IMG/VR virus record: IMGVR_UViG_3300028549_000507
Location: 128,001 to 192,000 of that record
Origin: a virus
Lineage: Duplodnaviria; Caudoviricetes
Direction: 5' to 3' (one strand)
DNA: 64,000 nt
Position numbers and translations under genes: made by a program. Within the stretch, counting starts at the first letter, position 1; every line of letters starts with the position of its first letter. Below are positions 59,457 to 64,000 of the stretch, piece by piece. The notes beneath the pieces were generated by a model, which was given only the letters and a program-made list of their open reading frames with translations, was not told the DNA's origin and ran no database searches.

Positions 59457-60133
59457 TTACGTTTTAATATAACTCTATTACTTTCATCTATATAGATTAT
59501 ATTCTTTTTAGAATATCTGAAATTAAGCTTATTCTTAAATCCTATAAATAAATAGCTAACTCCATCAGAATGAGTATAATTATCAAATAGATTTATAGTT
59601 GTAGACTTATTATGTATTTTCAACGAGTATGATAGTGTATTTTGAAATGAGAGTAATTCTTTTGAAAATCCCAAACCTCTACACAATTGAGTTACTCTAT
59701 ATTCACCAACCCCATAAATTTCTACAAGCGTTTTTGTATGATGATTTTGTACAAATTTTCCAAAATATATACCCAATAAAGTAGGTACACTAATTTTACA
59801 ATTAGTAGATAAAAGACCTGAATTTTCTCTATTTGAATTTGATTTTTTAGAGTTTTCACTTCTAGATATAATTTTTAAATTTGATATGTCATCATTTTTA
59901 AAATCTTCATCAATATGATCCACAGTATCATCATTCTGATTTCCCCTACTTGTGCTCATTATCTTCATATAATGAGCTTCAACTCTCCATGCTGCAGTTT
60001 GTCTAAATCGTTGTTTAAGTCTTTCAAAACGCAACAATGAAAATTTTCTACCACGATTCAAATACTCTCTACAAAACACAACCTTATCAGAATAAAGTAT
60101 TTCTATATTCCTAATTTCTTCTTGTGTCAACAT
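59447..60133 (-). CDS. Free-standing HNH homing endonuclease
   Basis: TVDHIDEDFKNDDISNLKIISRSEN HNH motif; located between two tRNA genes. Confidence 0.85.
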   Translation of the reverse strand: MLTQEEIRNIEILYSDKVVFCREYLNRGRKFSLLRFERLKQRFRQTAAWRVEAHYMKIMSTSRGNQNDDTVDHIDEDFKNDDISNLKIISRSENSKKSNSNRENSGLLSTNCKISVPTLLGIYFGKFVQNHHTKTLVEIYGVGEYRVTQLCRGLGFSKELLSFQNTLSYSLKIHNKSTTINLFDNYTHSDGVSYLFIGFKNKLNFRYSKKNIIYIDESNRVILKRKSQ

Positions 60134-60158
60134 ATTAACCTCGATTGTTTAACCAAAA

Positions 60159-60178
60159 TTATATATATATTCTCAAAA
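60159..60178 (-). promoter_or_regulatory. Variant early-type promoter
   Basis: Minus strand TTTTGAGAATATATATATAA upstream of the HNH gene. Confidence 0.4.
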
Positions 60179-60198
60179 TGAAATTAAAAAAAAAGGTA

Positions 60199-60272
60199 TG
60201 GGCTGTCCGGAACTCGAATCCGGAACATACCGCTTATGAGACGGATTTTCTAACCGATTGAAATAACAGCCC
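60199..60272 (-). tRNA. tRNA with CAU anticodon, probably Ile2 (lysidine type)
   Basis: GGGCTGT/ACAGCCC acceptor, CTCATAA loop, CCGGA-TTCGAGT-TCCGG T-arm; carries C4-G69, U12-A23, C29-G41 and A73, and lacks initiator features. Confidence 0.85.
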
Positions 60273-60288
60273 ATATTAAATTATTTTA

Positions 60289-60318
60289 AGGGAATATAAC
60301 CAACTGAGTTACTTCCCC
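60289..60318 (-). pseudogene. Possible tRNA remnant
   Basis: GGGGAAG-TA-ACTC-AGTTGGTTA reads like a tRNA 5' end and D-loop, joined directly to TATTCCCT. Confidence 0.3.
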
Positions 60319-60363
60319 ATTAAACTTCTTTCTACAATAAAATGTCTTTCGATAAATTATTTT

Positions 60364-60897
60364 TTATTTATCTAAACATTCATTGTCTATATAATTATAA
60401 ATGAATTCACGTTCTAAACTATCCATTGTAAGATTCCACTCACTCTTTATAGTTATCCACTTAAAAAGATACTCACATCCATTATACTTAGGCATCCATT
60501 GCGATGGATCTTTAGAACCCTTAGATCTATTTGCAGATATACTTGTTACAATAAGATGATAATCTCTTTTGGTATAATTAAAATATCGTTTCTTAAGCTC
60601 TTTGCCCCAATTATCCCCACCAGATACATACGCCTCGTATAATGGAACAGTATGATCTATATCAACTTTTGTCGGATCGGTAATAACTTTTCCAGTATAT
60701 GGACAAACCCATTCACCAGAAATAACCTTATTATCTTTAATAACCAACTTTTCAGGATTTGATTCTTTTATAAGAACTTCTGTTCTTACGTTAACTCCAT
60801 CCTTATCATCATCACTCCAAGTTCCCCAAGTATTTCTATCATAGTCAGAAGCAATAATGATAGTCATAATGAGTAATAAATAAATAACACTTTTCAC
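60364..60897 (-). CDS. DUF1524-type HNH nuclease with signal peptide
   Basis: VDIDHTVPLYEAYVSGG...SANRSKGSKDPSQWMP motif; GTG start at 60897 gives MKSVIYLLLIMTIIIAS. The track's N-terminal extension overlaps a terminator. Confidence 0.8.
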   Translation of the reverse strand: MKSVIYLLLIMTIIIASDYDRNTWGTWSDDDKDGVNVRTEVLIKESNPEKLVIKDNKVISGEWVCPYTGKVITDPTKVDIDHTVPLYEAYVSGGDNWGKELKKRYFNYTKRDYHLIVTSISANRSKGSKDPSQWMPKYNGCEYLFKWITIKSEWNLTMDSLEREFIYNYIDNECLDK

Positions 60898-60911
60898 AAT
60901 AAAACCTTTCA

Positions 60912-60945
60912 ATAAAAAAAAGTAGACCACATAATGTAGTCTACT
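60912..60945 (-). terminator. Intrinsic terminator
   Basis: Minus strand GTAGACTACAT-T-ATGTGGTCTAC-TTTTTTTT. Confidence 0.75.
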
Positions 60946-60951
60946 CAAAAT

Positions 60952-61212
60952 TTAATACTTAATAACTGATTCCTGTAGTAATTCGAAGTCATCAAAATCA
61001 TTATACATATACCCATCAGCATCGAATGTTTGTTCCAATTGATCGTATGGTTGATGACGTAAACAATCACAAACCTCCATCAATGATTCATTGAATATAG
61101 GGTAATCTCTTAGATCTTTATAACATAGAGTATTGTGAGAGATTTCTACAGCTCTATCAAACTCTTCTGCCGTTAAGTCTCCTGGTTTCCAATTTTTAAA
61201 ATGCGCTTCCAT
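60952..61212 (-). CDS. Hypothetical protein
   Basis: 86 aa; GAGGAG RBS. Confidence 0.7.
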   Translation of the reverse strand: MEAHFKNWKPGDLTAEEFDRAVEISHNTLCYKDLRDYPIFNESLMEVCDCLRHQPYDQLEQTFDADGYMYNDFDDFELLQESVIKY

Positions 61213-61248
61213 ATAAGTTCTCCTCGTAATGTCTAATATCGATCAATA

Positions 61249-62025
61249 CTAGACTCTGGTTTTTGATAAATAGTTTTTAACTTTTACTAAATCTGCGGCA
61301 ACAGTCGGGTCAACCATTATAACATTTGATAAGAAATCACTCAATTGATCAGGAGCCTGGTTATTAAATTCCGAATCGGAAACGATATTGTAAAAATCGA
61401 TACTATTCAATTTTGACTTATCAGTTATATATTTCCAATATGTATATATAATACTTTCAGAAGCACCCATTCTACGAAGATTCTCATTCATCCTAATACC
61501 AAAGACTTTCTTACAATCACCAGATCTAATCTTAGATAACTGATGTTCATTATACCATCCTTGTATATTTTTCATGATCTCATTTTCCATACTAGAAAAG
61601 TCGACATCAATACATATCGCAGTATGATTATGCTCAACAGTATGTAGTATAAATCTACCATCAATATCATGAGAATATACAAGTTTATATTTCAAGTAGA
61701 ATCTATTATTAAACTGATTGTAGGTTTCGTAAGTTAACCTGTCAAATTTCCCAAGATATGATACGAGCATATCATAATCATCGAGATCTTCTTTAGTAAC
61801 CATTACGATGTCATCAAAAATAACACCTTCCGGTGAGATTTTTCCAAATAAAATACCGACTTCAGTAAGAATCGATACGTTATGATGGATATCGAACAAT
61901 CTAATTTTACAAGTATCACCATGTAGCGAAATACCATAATTAGACAATATCGATCGGAACTCTCCATGTGAGTTTGCACTTAAGAACTCACATATTGGAT
62001 TTGATTTAAATGTTAAGTATTGCAT
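61249..62025 (-). CDS. Hypothetical protein
   Basis: 258 aa; AGGAGGAG RBS; early-type promoter upstream. Confidence 0.75.
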   Translation of the reverse strand: MQYLTFKSNPICEFLSANSHGEFRSILSNYGISLHGDTCKIRLFDIHHNVSILTEVGILFGKISPEGVIFDDIVMVTKEDLDDYDMLVSYLGKFDRLTYETYNQFNNRFYLKYKLVYSHDIDGRFILHTVEHNHTAICIDVDFSSMENEIMKNIQGWYNEHQLSKIRSGDCKKVFGIRMNENLRRMGASESIIYTYWKYITDKSKLNSIDFYNIVSDSEFNNQAPDQLSDFLSNVIMVDPTVAADLVKVKNYLSKTRV

Positions 62026-62083
62026 TGAATACTCTCCTCCTGTTAGGTTTAGTGAAGAAATCTACTCAGATAACCTCAGTATT

Positions 62084-62099
62084 ATATATATAATTAAAA
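62084..62099 (-). promoter_or_regulatory. Putative early-type promoter
   Basis: Minus strand TTTTAATTATATATAT. Confidence 0.55.
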
Positions 62100-62233
62100 T
62101 AAACATTAAATATCTAGGGAAATTAATCCCCAGATATTTAATATAGGAGAGCAACAGTTAAGATGTCTTACAATAAACGGAGGGAAAATTGTAAGACAAA
62201 TTTGATAGGTAAAATAAGGGCAGTCTACTTATC
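62096..62233 (-). ncRNA. Candidate trans-acting small RNA with anti-Shine-Dalgarno loops
   Basis: Late-type promoter at 62233-62244, three hairpins, terminator with a minus-strand-specific G-U pair, no translatable ORF; two loops complementary to the beta-prime RBS. Confidence 0.55.
62105..62142 (-). terminator. Terminator hairpin of the candidate sRNA / DnaB transcript
   Basis: Minus strand ATTAAATATCT-GGGGA...TCCCT-AGATATTTAAT then GTTTATTTT. Confidence 0.75.
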
Positions 62234-62244
62234 ATTATTATGTT
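62233..62244 (-). promoter_or_regulatory. Late-type promoter AACA-N6-TR immediately after the DnaB stop
   Basis: Minus strand AACA TAATAA TG. Confidence 0.55.
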
Positions 62245-62245
62245 A

Positions 62246-63919
62246 TTATACAAGATCGTCGCTCGAGAATATAGCATTAGCTTGAACAGATTCAGTATTA
62301 GATCTAAGATTATTCTTAGTTCCACCTCTATTAAAACGAATCTCTTTACTTCTAACAGTATTATTATCATTACTCACACCGGCAGTTTCAGCAATAGAAT
62401 CTACTGATAGAGATTTATTTCCTAGTAAATCATCTGTAAGATAGAATCTATTTACCAATTGGTGAGCAAAGTATTCTACAGGAGTTCTTTTATATCGACA
62501 TTTACCTTTCTTAAATCCTAAGAAAGATTCTCCAGTATATATAGAAACTTCTGGAGCAATATATAGCGAGAAGTCAATAGCGTCTTCAACACCATGTGCT
62601 TCTGTTAAATGCTGTCTACCAAGTCCTTTAACTTTATCAACACCACCACGTTCTTCAACATCTGTAAGTAATTTATCACCATCTCTGTTTGTATGGTGAG
62701 CCGTAACAAGAACCATCTCAGGTCTCATTGCAACAATCTCATGCAAATCGGTAGCGATATTAATAGTTTTAACACGAGGATCTGGATTTGCCAAATCATC
62801 TCGCATAATTCTCATATAGTCAACAATAGTAGCAATAACAACACACCCTCTTGATTCCAACTCATCGATTCGATACTCTAAATCAGATGGACTAAATCTT
62901 CCGGCTTTACCATAGATCATACAAATATCTACAATAGAATTTGTACTATATACAGATTGTTTCCATAGATCTTCGGCTTCTTCAAGAGTATTTATCTCGC
63001 CCATATTTTTCTTAACATACATAGAGAAAAGGCGCTCAGTATTTTCATCCCAAGTATTTTCAAGAGATACCACTAATACGGTAGGTCTCTTACCATTCTC
63101 CTTATATTTTTCAAGATACAGATGACCGTTATACAATTGTATCCATTTTGCAATGTACAATAGTAGACCAGTTTTAAATGAGTTAGTAGGTGCATTTACG
63201 ACATACATCTTACCAGTTAAGAATCCACCCTCATCACTCAGAAATTCATTAAATTTCTTCAACCCAGTCCTTAGTGCTCTAGTTTTTCTTTTAGACATTT
63301 TAAATACCGTCTTAAAGAATTTTGTACTAAAGTCAGGATCATTAATGGATACCGGTTCAGATGTATTCAATCCATCATTACTCAATGTCTTATGGAGCTT
63401 CATATGTAGTTCGGCAATTTGTTTTTCAAACTCATCAACTACAGTATTGATACCATTAACACTTCCAGATTCAATATTTCTAAATGACTCAACAATAGAA
63501 TCCTGATAGTCCAAAATAAAACCGATTTTAGAATACGTAGAAACCACGTTCAGTATCATAGAAATCTCTTGATCCGGCATCAAAACTTTACCGATAATTA
63601 TAGGTTCTATCATACCTTTGATAGTTTCTTCATTATCAGCATTAGATATACTCGCTTCGATTAGACTTGTTATAAGATGATTATCTTTCACATCATCAAA
63701 TTTACAATTTATAGTCATCTCAAGAGCTTTTAAGATAGAGAATACTTCTGGATCTTTTGAATAATATTGAATGTCAATCATTTTCAAAAGAGTATGAATC
63801 ATCGTTAACTTAGAAGAACTAAGTTCTCCATGAACAATAATCTTCAATAAAGCTAGTAGGAATCTACTATTTACAACTGTCGGGATTTTAAGAAGCTTCT
63901 TTTTAGGTTTCTTAAACAT
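62246..63919 (-). CDS. dnaB: DnaB-like (SF4) replicative helicase
   Basis: NAPTNSFKT Walker A, VVSLEN, TIVDYMRIM Walker B, VTAHHTNR and VEDAID motifs; helical N-terminal domain. Confidence 0.9.
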   Translation of the reverse strand: MFKKPKKKLLKIPTVVNSRFLLALLKIIVHGELSSSKLTMIHTLLKMIDIQYYSKDPEVFSILKALEMTINCKFDDVKDNHLITSLIEASISNADNEETIKGMIEPIIIGKVLMPDQEISMILNVVSTYSKIGFILDYQDSIVESFRNIESGSVNGINTVVDEFEKQIAELHMKLHKTLSNDGLNTSEPVSINDPDFSTKFFKTVFKMSKRKTRALRTGLKKFNEFLSDEGGFLTGKMYVVNAPTNSFKTGLLLYIAKWIQLYNGHLYLEKYKENGKRPTVLVVSLENTWDENTERLFSMYVKKNMGEINTLEEAEDLWKQSVYSTNSIVDICMIYGKAGRFSPSDLEYRIDELESRGCVVIATIVDYMRIMRDDLANPDPRVKTINIATDLHEIVAMRPEMVLVTAHHTNRDGDKLLTDVEERGGVDKVKGLGRQHLTEAHGVEDAIDFSLYIAPEVSIYTGESFLGFKKGKCRYKRTPVEYFAHQLVNRFYLTDDLLGNKSLSVDSIAETAGVSNDNNTVRSKEIRFNRGGTKNNLRSNTESVQANAIFSSDDLV

Positions 63920-63934
63920 ACTTTACCACCGTGG

Positions 63935-64000
63935 TTAATTATTATTTAAGTCATCACCTACAAGATACTTCTCTATCACTTTTCCAGTTATAACTTTCCC
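63935..64000 (-). CDS. C-terminus of a gene entering from beyond the window
   Basis: Open frame GKVITGKVIEKYLVGDDLNNN* ending 16 nt before the DnaB start. Confidence 0.4.
   Translation of the reverse strand, partial: GKVITGKVIEKYLVGDDLNNN

Noticed and set aside
59383-60272. Group I intron interrupting a tRNA and carrying the HNH
   Set aside because: Both tRNAs fold completely on their own, so the HNH is free-standing.
62158-62370. 70-aa ORF overlapping the DnaB end (and the 25-aa MISRLP... sub-ORF)
   Set aside because: Out-of-frame overlap with no RBS; the sub-ORF ATG starts 2 nt upstream of the predicted +1.
1928-63506. Numerous short + strand ORFs (60-230 aa) in the ORF track opposite long genes
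   Set aside because: Antisense to well-supported genes, lacking RBSs, with residue composition typical of reverse-complement frames.
1-64000. Stop-codon reassignment
   Set aside because: Very long ORFs (up to 2157 aa) are intact under the standard code, and TAG and TGA act as real stops (e.g. 59447, 487).

Overview
AT-rich (roughly 30% GC by eye), densely coding, mostly minus-strand segment of a jumbo phage genome of the phiKZ-related, AR9/PBS1/phiR1-37-like type. It encodes two split multisubunit RNA polymerase subunits (beta-prime N-half with Zn finger and NGDFDGD; beta N-half), a DnaB-like helicase, a small PolB-palm-like protein, DHFR- and dTMP-kinase-like proteins, internal head proteins, a tandem zincin protein, a large baseplate/tail-fibre cluster, two HNH nucleases and two tRNAs (Arg-UCU and a CAU tRNA with Ile2 identity elements). 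Two promoter-like motifs recur in intergenic DNA: AACA-N6-TR (the AR9 late consensus, 15 sites) and TTTCAA(T/A)TATATATA (putative early). The top candidate novelty is a ~135-nt non-coding RNA (62096-62233, minus strand) lying between a late-type promoter and a terminator. Its two hairpin loops are each complementary to the ribosome-binding site and start codon of the RNAP beta-prime gene 52 kb away, suggesting a phage trans-acting sRNA that feeds back on the phage's own RNA polymerase. Other highlights: two adjacent proteins with FG/Met/Gln low-complexity tails just upstream of beta-prime, a shared head-protein propeptide motif found inside a double-metalloprotease polyprotein, and an HNH gene whose stop codon lies inside tRNA-Arg. 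All family assignments come from motif recognition by eye; no database searches were run.
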